This document shows, piece by piece, positions 1 through 9,799 of a stretch of DNA of 20,000 bases. Each line of letters begins with the position of its first letter. The first letter of the stretch is position 1. The stretch covers positions 49,006 to 69,005 of the forward strand of contig JALDZX010000080.1 of assembly GCA_022813865.1 (NCBI GenBank). The letters run 5' to 3'. Under the pieces are notes generated by a model. That model did not search any database. It was given only the letters and a program-made list of their open reading frames with translations, and was not told the DNA's origin. Made by a program: the position numbers and the translations under genes. The stretch comes from Xylographa opegraphella (taxonomy: Eukaryota).

Positions 1-357
1 TTTCACAAGATGGAGACTCTGCACCACGGCCAGGAAGGCGGAAGCGCATCACTGAGTCTTCACGACCCATTGTGTGTATGGTACGCTTTGACCGGTGAGA
101 AAGACAGTAGTAAATGGTCCATCCAGGAGGGCGAGGATCTCCGAGTCGAGACCGCGGGCCAATGGACAAGAGGCACCTACATCATCGATCGACGGGACCG
201 TAAGCGTAGAGAGGACGACGATGGCGAGGATGACCATGTACCTGGAGATACAGGAGGATGGCTGAGCTCTGCTCGAGGTAATAGGCTGCGACTCTGTGTG
301 CAAACACCTGGTGAACGAGCGCTTGCGCCACTCATTCTGGACTCCATTTTCCCGTAG
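1..357 (+). CDS. Inosine/uridine-preferring nucleoside hydrolase family protein, C-terminal part (5'-truncated by window edge)
   Basis: The frame is open from base 1 (FHKMETL...) to TAG at 355-357. It contains LSLHDPLCVWYAL (the family's HDP motif with the catalytic His) followed by DLRVETAGQWTRG, typical of the C-terminus of fungal IU-nucleoside hydrolases. Confidence 0.8.
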   Translation, partial: FHKMETLHHGQEGGSASLSLHDPLCVWYALTGEKDSSKWSIQEGEDLRVETAGQWTRGTYIIDRRDRKRREDDDGEDDHVPGDTGGWLSSARGNRLRLCVQTPGERALAPLILDSIFP

Positions 358-506
358 GGGTGTTTGGATTGTGATCTTCGTGCCTCCTTTTGGAATGAGA
401 GCAGCTTCACATGTGGTTTTTCTTTTTTGAATATCGTTTCAGTCTGAATAATTGTTTTAAGAACAATCGCAACGGCTCCGCCATGCGCGATCCAGCTACA
501 CTGTGC

Positions 507-523
507 TTATTATTATTATTATT
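507..523. repeat. (TTA)n microsatellite
   Basis: ttattattattattatt read directly, downstream of the hydrolase gene. Confidence 0.8.
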
Positions 524-1282
524 TGATTTTTTTGATTTCACATAATGTTCCAGATGAGTTCCAAAATGTACTCAAGAAGGTAGTCGAGCTTATATTCTGT
601 TCAGGTTGCTGTATCAGTTTTCATTATGCATAACGCGGCTGCTTTCTCTATTGATGTCTATCGTCCTGGATAGATATTCGACGTCTCTATGGGTTGAGGG
701 ATCTTCATGATCAGTGAAGCGGCATCGAAGAGTGTGCTGAGTGTTACTTCTTCGGGGTCTCTTGCTTCTACGAAGCTTTGCACGTCTGCAGTAGATTGAT
801 GGGATAATACTATGGGTGCACGCTAGGTTGCACTTCTGTTCCACGAACTGACGTTGAGTTGATGGTTTACGAAGAGTTCGATGATGTTGCGCCTTCGAGA
901 CGGGAATTCCGATTAAGAACTATGGGCCCAAATCTATCTACACATATAAACGCATTCCAGAACGGTGACAGATGCTAAGAGACCGCATAGCGGATAAAAC
1001 ATGAGGAGAACTGGTATTTAAAGACAAGGCACAAAATCCCGCACCCCGGAGTGGCCTGGATGATGAAACCATCGTAATAGTCTGCAAAGTGCATGCATGA
1101 ATTCATCATTCATAATCTCTATCTCTATAGACCTTCGCATGCAAGCCAATACACAACTTCTAAAGCTAGAATGAACTCAAAGGCCCAGAATATTACAACA
1201 ACCATAGGATCAACCGAGCACCACCCACGTTTTATCAAATCTCGAAGGGTGCTTCGGGATTATGCGCCAGCAATTTGAGCTC

Positions 1283-2416
1283 TCAGCTTTGTCTTTCAAA
1301 GTACTTTGCTATATTTTCCGCTGCTATTGTTCGTCCAATATTCTTCTCCTCTAAAGCAGCTTCTCTAAGCAACTGCTCGTTAGTGAGTATCAGGCGCCGC
1401 ATCTCAAGATACGCCAGCACCGCACTAGGTGTTGTATTCTCCTGCGGTGCCACTTTCAATGCGGGCTTGGCGCGTAAATGTTCCTCCAGGCGTTTCATTT
1501 TAGAATCTACGCAGATTTCCTCCTCCGCTGAAAGCTCGAATAGGTTGGCGCAACGTTTGATCCAACGTAGAGCGAGGTATGTGGTTAGTTTGACCAAGTG
1601 TGCGTGTTGAGAGTCCGACTGATCATTGTCCAGTTTCAAGTCGCGGTCAATAAAATCGCCCATTTGCTGCTTGAGGTAGTAGCCGTCGATAGATTCTGTC
1701 TCATACCAGGATCTGGCGAAGGGGTGCTCTCCCTTGCTGTAGGCAAACGTCTTCATGATCAGAGCCTGACTTCGGAAACCGTATGCATACGCTAAGCCAA
1801 CTTTCCGCTGGGCGGTGGATTTCTGTGTGTCAACAGTGGCTCCGAGGAAGAGCAGCACCGGTCGTTTCTCAGGCAGGTCTTCTTGTCCACTTAGAAACGC
1901 GAGTATTACCTCCTGGTCTGAGGTGCCGCTTGTCTTGATAAGATAGTCACATGCATCCTTATCAATACCACCGCTCCCAAGGGCGGCATTCACGATCCTT
2001 TTGTATTCCTCGGTGGAAAGATATTTATTGCTCCCGGCGGGTAACAGCAGTCTTTGGGTAAAAGCTTCAAAGAATTCCTTCTTGAGTTTCGGCATGTTTT
2101 CCGGAAGTATTTTGAGATGCGGCTCTTTCGACCTCTCGCGAAGTATGTTCCGCCACTCCTCCGAATCATGAAGATGCGCATCGCCGTACATGAGTCGGCC
2201 TTCGAAGTCAGGATTATAGAAAAGACCATTCGGCTTTTCTATAGCTTCTTGGTGGTAGCTATCCGGTGTGTATGAGCCGCCAAGGAATATGGCATCGTAC
2301 CAGGCTATTTCATGCTTTATCAATTCTTCACTGTCGTTGCAAAAGACGATGTCTTCGTTGGCGGCCTTGAACTCGTGGTCTGAGACGAACCATCTCTGTG
2401 CTGTGGCGCAGGACAT
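1283..2416 (-). CDS. Hypothetical protein, ~377 aa, intronless, no recognised family
   Basis: Uninterrupted 1.1-kb ORF. First ATG at 2416 (MSCATAQRWF...); the ORF-track start at 2449 is TTG. Globular, charged, helix-like composition. TATA-like element ~170 bp upstream on the same strand. Confidence 0.7.
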   Translation of the reverse strand: MSCATAQRWFVSDHEFKAANEDIVFCNDSEELIKHEIAWYDAIFLGGSYTPDSYHQEAIEKPNGLFYNPDFEGRLMYGDAHLHDSEEWRNILRERSKEPHLKILPENMPKLKKEFFEAFTQRLLLPAGSNKYLSTEEYKRIVNAALGSGGIDKDACDYLIKTSGTSDQEVILAFLSGQEDLPEKRPVLLFLGATVDTQKSTAQRKVGLAYAYGFRSQALIMKTFAYSKGEHPFARSWYETESIDGYYLKQQMGDFIDRDLKLDNDQSDSQHAHLVKLTTYLALRWIKRCANLFELSAEEEICVDSKMKRLEEHLRAKPALKVAPQENTTPSAVLAYLEMRRLILTNEQLLREAALEEKNIGRTIAAENIAKYFERQS

Positions 2417-2587
2417 CTTGATTGGGACTTGGGAATGTCTGTTGTTCAAAGTATGTGGATGATGAAAGTTATGAAATTGTGTCTCACCGTGTGGAGAAGC
2501 AATGCTGATGTTCGAATAATAGAAGGTTTTCTTGTTTGGGAAAGCTGCGGATGAAGAGAGGAGAAACTCATCAGGAAATTGCGAGGC

Positions 2588-2597
2588 TTATATAAAT
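2588..2597 (-). promoter_or_regulatory. Putative TATA box for the orphan ORF
   Basis: The + strand ttatataaat reads ATTTATATAA on the minus strand, followed by a pyrimidine-rich stretch (reverse of gaagagaggagaaa), as in fungal core promoters. Confidence 0.4.
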
Positions 2598-3884
2598 AAC
2601 CGCAGAATGGCTGGCCACGTTTCACGAATTCTCCTCAGATGTCCGTGAACCACTGATGGAGAGGGTGAAGCCTTTCGATCATATCATGTGGCTTACCATC
2701 ACAATGAATCCGGCATTACCATGTGAGATTTTGTGAGATATCAGTTTCCATAGGCTGCATCTTCGCCTGCCCCGCTGAAATATATATCACGTTTCACAGT
2801 GATAGCAAAGTCTATTGAAGGGGTCCGCCATCACTTCGTCCCGGTCAATGATCAGATCGGGAAGAAAATATAAACAGATTGGCGGAGCGAGGAAGTCGGA
2901 AAATGTCATTCAACCCACTTGATACACGGTGCCTATACCAAGTCGATGTCCAAACCCGCAAATTTGGGCGAATATCCTCTGCTTGTTGTGTTTTGCACCT
3001 GGCTTAGTGAATAGTATCACTTCAAGAATGCTACACACAAGTTCACTAAAGAGTTAAAAGTGTTTTTATAAACGAGATCTTGACAAACCTTGTGTTCTAC
3101 CCAATATACTCAACCTCCCCAAGCTACATAGCAAAGTGATGACCTCCGCGCCCAAACCCTCCTCTCACAGCATTATGGTTTTCTTTCTATGACTTTCGAA
3201 CCCGTTCAAGGAAAACTCTTTCTTGCCCGAATGTCTAACCGAGATGTCTGAAATCACACAAGTGTTGGGTCTGTATCCGCGCAGAGGTAGTTAAAGCCTA
3301 CCATATGCATGTAACGCCACACCCGACTGTACAGCAGTCAAAGCTTTCGCCACGCCGACTAAACAAAAAACAAAGGGTCAAAGGAGCAGAACGTACGGCA
3401 GTAAGCTTCAACCCTTAATCGAGAGTGGGAGACTTCCGTGGCATATTCCTTGGACCGACAGTATCCATTCGGTGTGAACCCATACCCACAGCTCTGCTTC
3501 AAGGAGTGGCAAGCTGACAATGGCCTCTCAGTCCCCCATTATAGCAACTACTATTATCCGAGCGGCTTGGAGCCTCGAACGAAGATTCAGCACAAAAAAA
3601 TACATTCCCACATCGCCGAAAAATTGAAAGAAAAAGAAAGGGAAACAAGAAAACTCGTCTGCCAGATAGCCCAGCGTCTATCGAATACGTCACACTAAGC
3701 ACGACTCCTCGGCGCAGTCCTCTCCATTCAAGACCGCCAAGCACCACATTATGTACACGTCCCACAACCACAGTCTCCTCAGTCTCTCCCCTTTCCCGCG
3801 ATCGGGCATCGCCGTGCAAAACGCAGAGGTATGCCAGACAGTTTACCGATCCCTGATCCGCCTCAATATGCCACTCCAGGCCGG

Positions 3885-4515
3885 CTACCTCGTTGGTGAC
3901 GGGTTCGACGGGTCGGGGAGGATGCCTTCGGCTTCCAAGCGCCGGCGCGCTTCCTCGAGAGCCCATGTCTGGATGCTGGAGACGAGGAAATAGAGTCAGT
4001 CAGCGCTGTTCCCAACGCAGGAAATCACGGCGGGAAGCGCAGCGCCGAACGGATAGCCATTTCCATTACACACTGCAACCACCAAGTCTCCTCGGCTCGC
4101 AATATTCCCCCTTCCCCCACCATCCCCGTCCTAAAGTATTATAAAACTAAAAAAAACAAAAGAAGGAAAAAAAACCGCCCACTCACGAACTATCCGGCTT
4201 ATACGCATAAGCCACGACCGCGACGCCCAAACTGCCCCAGAAGCCCCACACCCACACCGCCTCCCACCCCTCCTTCTTGTACTTCTCGTCCGGCGGCACG
4301 CCGAACAGCCAGCCGGACGGGGGATCGTAGTGCGACTCGTGCGGCGCGTCGGCGCGGCGCATGCCCGTGCGGGAGAAGGCTCTGGGCGCCGAGCTGGTGA
4401 GGGTGCGGGCGACGCCGGCGGCGGTGGCGGGCGAGGGGTGCGTGCTGAGGGAGAGGATGGTGGGTGAGGGGGAGGGGTGCGGGAGGTGGCGGGCGAGGGG
4501 CCGGAGGGGTGGCAT
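3885..4515 (-). CDS. NADH:ubiquinone oxidoreductase (complex I) ESSS subunit (NDUFB11 homologue), 139 aa, 2 exons
   Basis: Model: complement(join(3885..3975,4187..4515)). Intron 3976-4186 has GTGAGT...CTGAC...CAG. The protein has an Arg/Ser-rich mitochondrial-presequence-like N-terminus, then HYDPPSGWLFGVPPDEKYKKEGWE, a TM segment, AYKPDSS|IQTWALEEARRRLEAEGIL, matching the fungal ESSS signature. Confidence 0.9.
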
Positions 4516-5106
4516 TGTTGTTTTTTTGAAGAAGGGGGGTGGAGGGTGGAGAGGGGGGCGCTGGTGGGGTTTTTGGGGGGTGAGGTGGATGGCTGGAGGA
4601 GGATTGGGAGAGGGAGGTGAGGTGCGAGAGTGGGAATGGAGTTGAGGTTGCGGTGACGGAGCTTTGGGGCGCTTCGGAAGCGGGCTTGGCGGTTTGGCGA
4701 TTAGTCAGCGGCTCTGATGGGGTGTTCCGTAATCTTCCGTTGCGATGCTTCTCGGCGAGATGGTTTCAGACGGAATTGATAGACAACCAGAAACTTTGGA
4801 CAGGCCGCTGGTAGTTTGCGGATGATGCGGGCTTTGCATAATTTCAGGGTAGAAGTTTGTGGTAGTTGACTTCAATTCCGTATACAACATCCATTATATA
4901 CAGCGCAAGGTAGAGATGACTGAGTTCTTTTCATCTCCACGACTTCATCCATCGTTTGTACAAATCGCCATCATCACAATCAAGCCGGATTCATGCTCGA
5001 CGGCCCAAGTCATGCCAACTATAGCCGCAGGGTTTTCAAAACGCCCATATGCTGCCTTCTCACCCGCTATGCAAATTATCCAAAGATCCTTCCATTAAGA
5101 CCTGCG

Positions 5107-6381
5107 CTATCGTCTGGAACCTCCTCTCCGACTGTCTCCCCTACGGCTGTCCCTTCTGCTTCGGTTAGGTGAGGAGAGGCTGCCTACGAAAAATAGTTAG
5201 CTTTAGTCGTCTACCATTCCCAAAGAACCAGACTTACTCTCACTTGTATCGTAGCTGTATGAGTAGCTGCTCGCAGTATACTCCGTCTTATCGTCCTTGC
5301 GTTCCTTTCTTCTCCTGAAGCCTAGAATAACTGCCAGTGCAGCCAATGCGGCTCCCACTCCAAGCGCACCGCCCCACCCGCTACTCTTTTTGTTTGTATT
5401 CTGGCCGTTGATTCGGGTTCCATACCATGTTCGTCCTCCCCCTTGGACGCGGCCACTGTGTCGCGAGTGATGCTCTTCGATGATCGTCGTGTCGGTGACT
5501 CTTCGCTTGCTTCGCGGGCCTAAACCGAAGCATCCGAGGATGGTATCGATCAAGCCCTTTGCAAGGCAGCAGGCGCAGAGGAGGAACAGAATGAAGATCA
5601 GAACAAGCACCCCAATGACAATACCAGCGATTGCACCGCCACTGAGACCAGCATTCTGTTGGGTAGCTGTAATTCCGGAAAGCGAACTTCCGTCGGTTCC
5701 GATTGGCGTTTGAAAGGGTATGGTGGTAGTTGCAGTGCCGGTAGATGTGACTGTCAGAATGGAATTGCTGGTGGGCCGTATAAATGCCGAAACAGTCGAC
5801 TCTACCACTGTACTTGCTAGGTACAATGTGCTGACAACATTATTGGCCGTCGATGCCCCTCCAAGTGCAGAGCATTGGCCAGAGTATGCACAGAACTGGT
5901 CGGAAGCACAGCAAATGTTACCGCAAGCTTGGTTTGTTGCGCAAGTGAGCACAGTCTGTACTGGCGCTGACGCTTCCACGGTCGTAACAATGACTTGTGT
6001 CTGTACTGGAGCGACGTATGCAGTGGTGGGAGCGACAACGAAAGAGCTAAATGTGGTGACCACTGTCACAAGGTCGGTCTCGACATACGTAGACGTGAAC
6101 CATTGCCATTGGCCATTACCACCCCCGGCCTGTGTAGCCACTGTTGTCGCCGCTGCCGCTACACACGAGGCTTCTCCTGCGATTGTTGTACATGCCTGAC
6201 CACATCCGCAGGTAACCTGATTATAGTAGCCGCAAAGTATTGCACACTGTCGAAGCTCCAGCGTGCCATTTTGCTGCCTTATTATCAATTCGTCTTGTGG
6301 GAGCGGGCTCGATCGGGCGAGATGTGCTGAGGATAGAATGATGGTAAGGAGAGAGAAGATTGTCGACATCTGTAGTCGCAT
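5107..6381 (-). CDS. Secretory-pathway membrane protein with Cys-rich and Ser/Thr-rich ectodomain (Mid2-like cell-surface sensor type), ~406 aa, 2 exons
   Basis: Model: complement(join(5107..5183,5238..6381)). Intron 5184-5237 has GTAAGT...GCTAAC...TAG. Signal peptide (MRLQMSTIFSLLTIILSSAHLARS; alternative ATG at 6369), two Cys clusters (CAILCGYYNQVTCGCGQAC; CGNICCASDQFC), a Thr/Val-rich stalk, GLSGGAIAGIVIGV TM helix, a second hydrophobic segment and an Arg/Ser-rich tail. Confidence 0.8.
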
Positions 6382-7624
6382 ATTGGCCGAGACACCAATG
6401 TTGTGGAATGCTAACAAGGAGTTGTCGACAATGCCTTTCCCACCAAAAGAAATACCTGGAATGCGCACGATAACAATGCGGTATAAAGTCAGAACAACGG
6501 CCTTCAACAACGGGCAAGGAGAGTTCGGTGTAGGGGAAGGAGAGGAATGCACGGCCTAGGTTTCTATCGGACAACCCCAACCACCCCCGCCACTTCAATA
6601 CCCGTCAGCTTCCCACCACTCACAGCCTAGGTTCGTCGTAATCTTGAAGTTGACGAGCTCTAGGCTATATGACGCAAATAGGAATCTTGGAGTAAGTTTG
6701 TAGCTCGAATCGATCAATGATTGTTGTTTGCAAGGTAAAGTGTTCGGTGTCGCATGGGAGGGAATTTCGGTGATGTTTACTTTTAGCGTCTAATGATTTA
6801 GCTCGGCCAAGCAGCACTTCTTATTGCACAGACCTTGCATGAAGCTTGCGTTGCCACACAGATACTCTAGAGAATAATCGAAACAGCTTCTTGATATCTT
6901 TATCCTTATAGATGAGACAAATACTTTCGCACAACGCTGCAACTTTTTATCTATTAGGAAAGGTACATTGTACATAAATGTTAAATGACTCGTTATCGAT
7001 AAGATTAGGGTATTTCGTGGCCGGGCAACGCTCTTTCAACCTAGTGTGAAAAGCCAATTCAGTTTGCTACCAAATTGAATATTCATAACCTGTTGAGTAG
7101 GATCGGCGTTTTCTTTGTGAGAAGAGGAAATTATCTGGGAAAGGTAGCGGCTTCAACGGCAACTTGAAGCGTTGAAGTAGTCTGAACGACATATCTTTTA
7201 TGATCTAGAATACAAGCCTCTCATAACACCACACGCCCTTGATTTGCTAATGTGTAAAAACCAGCAACATGTACAGGCGCATTAGGCTTGTCATAATCCC
7301 AGAAACCAATTCAGCCATCATTGCTGGATGTGCTGCATACCTAACGCCTAAAGGGTATACCCAAAACCTGAAAAAAATGCATACGTCAATGTAGCATAAT
7401 AGCAAGCTGTGATTTCGCTGCCAAGACTTGCAGAGCTCGTCTCATGCTGGGGACGTATCTATTGTACCAGACATTGCTCTCTCGAAGCACCGGTATTCCG
7501 ACTGGGACGAATTCTTGGACGTTTAGTCCATCCGTCTTTATACGGTGGGATGCGGTCTTCTGGTTTGGATTAGATCCGCGACGCAAATGGGGATGCCGTG
7601 AGGACATAATGCATGAACCCGTGT

Positions 7625-8833
7625 TCATCTCTGATGGCCTCCAAGACCTGACATGACGTGAATCATGCCAGGGCCATAACCGCCGCCTCGCTCGGGCGCA
7701 GCCGAGGCATTGATGGGAGAATATTCCTATGAGTTTCCATCTTAGCACATACACAAGCTTCTCCCAGTAGCAGATGATTCACATACCTTTCTCCGCTTTT
7801 TCTTTGACATGTTACTTTTTTTACTCCCTCCACCTGAGGAGTACCCGCCTGCATCGATCCCGTCCGCATCATCATCCACATATCCTTCGCCATAGCCCTC
7901 GAAGCTGGGTTCGTCGTACCGCCTTTTCCGTCCAGTTCGTTTTGGTCGCTCGATTTCGCCGGCTGGAATTCCCACCGTCATGCCGGCGACGTGCCCATTC
8001 ATTTTTTGCACCTTGGAAGTAGCGTGGAGTGCCGCCTTCCCTTTTGTATCGACAATCGGTAAAGGTGCCTTGAGTTTCTCCAGGCCCAGTATGTTCTCCC
8101 ATTCGTCGTTCTTTGGCACCATCCCCGGCTCGAACTTCATAGCTTTCTCCAGTTTCGCGAGGGTCGCGGTTGCAAGACCGTTTCCCAGTGCCTTCCCAGC
8201 CACGACTTGATTCTGCCATTCATCTTCCGGCCATGCCATCAGATTGACCAGACTTCCGGCAATATTGGCGTCAGTCTTGACAGCTTTGTTCCTGCCTGCT
8301 AGCCCTAACGTTTTGACTTGTGCCTCATACGACTTCCTCAGCTTATTGATCTTCTCGCCCGTGATCGGGTCAGTTCGTGCGACCGTGGCCGCGAGTGGTG
8401 ACAGTCCATAAAGAGATATCAGATCTTGCGATGGATGAGGCTGCTGTTTTGCATGAACTATGCGAATGGAGTTATGTTAACACATTGTCTTGGCCATCTT
8501 GGGGACGACTCTGGTCAGAGTCTTACCCTTCTGGCTTAGACGCAATGGTACGAAGGCCTGCGCTTCTTCATCCTCCGTCCTGGTGATAAGATCTGAGCGA
8601 GAGGCGAGTTCCGAGCCGCTGCAGTGGATTGACTCGGTAGGTTGGGAGAGCGCATTCGACTCTGGTTGCGTGAAGTCTACTGAGGTTTCCATGACGTCGG
8701 ATTGAGCGGGTTGATCCACGCTGCTCGCTTCTCCACGATCGTTGTCCATATCTCCACGATTTGGTAGAAGGCGCGGCTGCCCATGATGTTGTACGGATGC
8801 GGTGTTGGTAATGGTTGTCGCCAATGTGGTCAT
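7625..8833 (-). CDS. MED19: Mediator of RNA polymerase II transcription subunit 19 (Med19/Rox3), ~359 aa, 3 exons
   Basis: Model: complement(join(7625..7726,7787..8457,8527..8833)). Introns 8458-8526 (GTAAGA...TAG) and 7727-7786 (GTATGT...TAG) keep the frame. Contains PHPSQDLISLYGLSPLAATVARTDPITGEKINKLRKSYE (Rox3 domain), WPEDEWQ, KRRYDEPSFEGYGEGYVDDD and the KKKRRK tail of fungal Med19. The start codon is uncertain. Confidence 0.88.
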
Positions 8834-9799
8834 GGATAGCCAGTGAAGCTGAATGGCGTGGAAGCACAAGTCAGGTAGGATGCGATGGAAGGACCGCCTT
8901 ACGCCTGTTCCATGCGCCGACTAGAGCTTAGCGTGTCTTGGCGGGGCTTCGTCTAGCGTTCTGGAACAAATTGTGAATTGTTTGAGGATGGGGCAGATCA
9001 GTGCGCCTGACTGAGTTGACAGATTGCAGGATGATCGATCATGAAGCGACCTGACGGCGGAGTGTGTTACAGTACCGTATGTCGCAGGTCCAACGTGGGG
9101 CTACTATAGGGCGAGCTTCACCAGGAACCGGGCTGAGCTCTCGGGCAACGAACAAGAGCATCACTTGTGGATGAGGGCCAATTCACAAAGAATTCTCTCT
9201 GCGCTTGGCCTCAACACAACACAAACTCCAGCATACACAAAGGGGTCCATTGTTCTTCCCTATTCACTGCAGTATATGGAGCACCAGCGTGTGGCATCGT
9301 ACAGAAACTCTCATTCATCAAAGCCGACTGTGCCTGGATGTTGCTCCAACCGTGGAACACGGGCCCGTTGCAGCACGTGATCCTCACATTCGGTGTCGTC
9401 TTCCATTCCGCCAATAAGCGTTGATGTTTCCGCACGTTTCAGGCCTGGAGTCACCGTCCGCACCCTAACCTCTCCCGTGAAGGCAATCTACAGCCTATCA
9501 TTCGGCTCGTGTGCTCCAGCGGATATGGGAAGGCAACTGTCACGTTCATCGGCAGGAGAGGGGCTCTCAGTCTCACTCTTCTTCACCTCCACCACTTCCT
9601 CCGTCGTCGCCATCGCCACCCTGTCTTGGTCAACAGAGAGGCAATTGTCCCTTCACACGTTGCGTGCCCTAGGTAAGAATCCAATTGTCTATCGAAGCGA
9701 TCGGTTACACAGGTGGCGCAATCCTTCAAAACCAGTCAGCTGAGCACGCGACCATATACCTCATCTACGCCACAACTTCTGTTCGCGGATATTGCAGCA

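Noticed and set aside
614..1278. Short ORFs 614-844 (-) and 1093-1278 (+)
   Set aside because: Short, no recognisable motifs; one has a non-ATG start.
3499..3966. 155-aa minus-strand ORF and 3751-3993 (+) ORF
   Set aside because: They overlap ESSS exon 2 and its 3' UTR in another frame or antisense; no motif support.
6382..6552. 57-codon N-terminal extension of the membrane protein in the ORF track
   Set aside because: Starts at GTG; the signal peptide begins at ATG 6381 or 6369.
5480..6598. Several antisense or alternate-frame ORFs over the membrane-protein gene
   Set aside because: Shadow ORFs caused by the codon composition of the real gene.
9165..9743. Overlapping 70-116 aa ORFs between MED19 and the bHLH gene
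   Set aside because: Promoter or leader region; no homology cues; mostly non-ATG starts.
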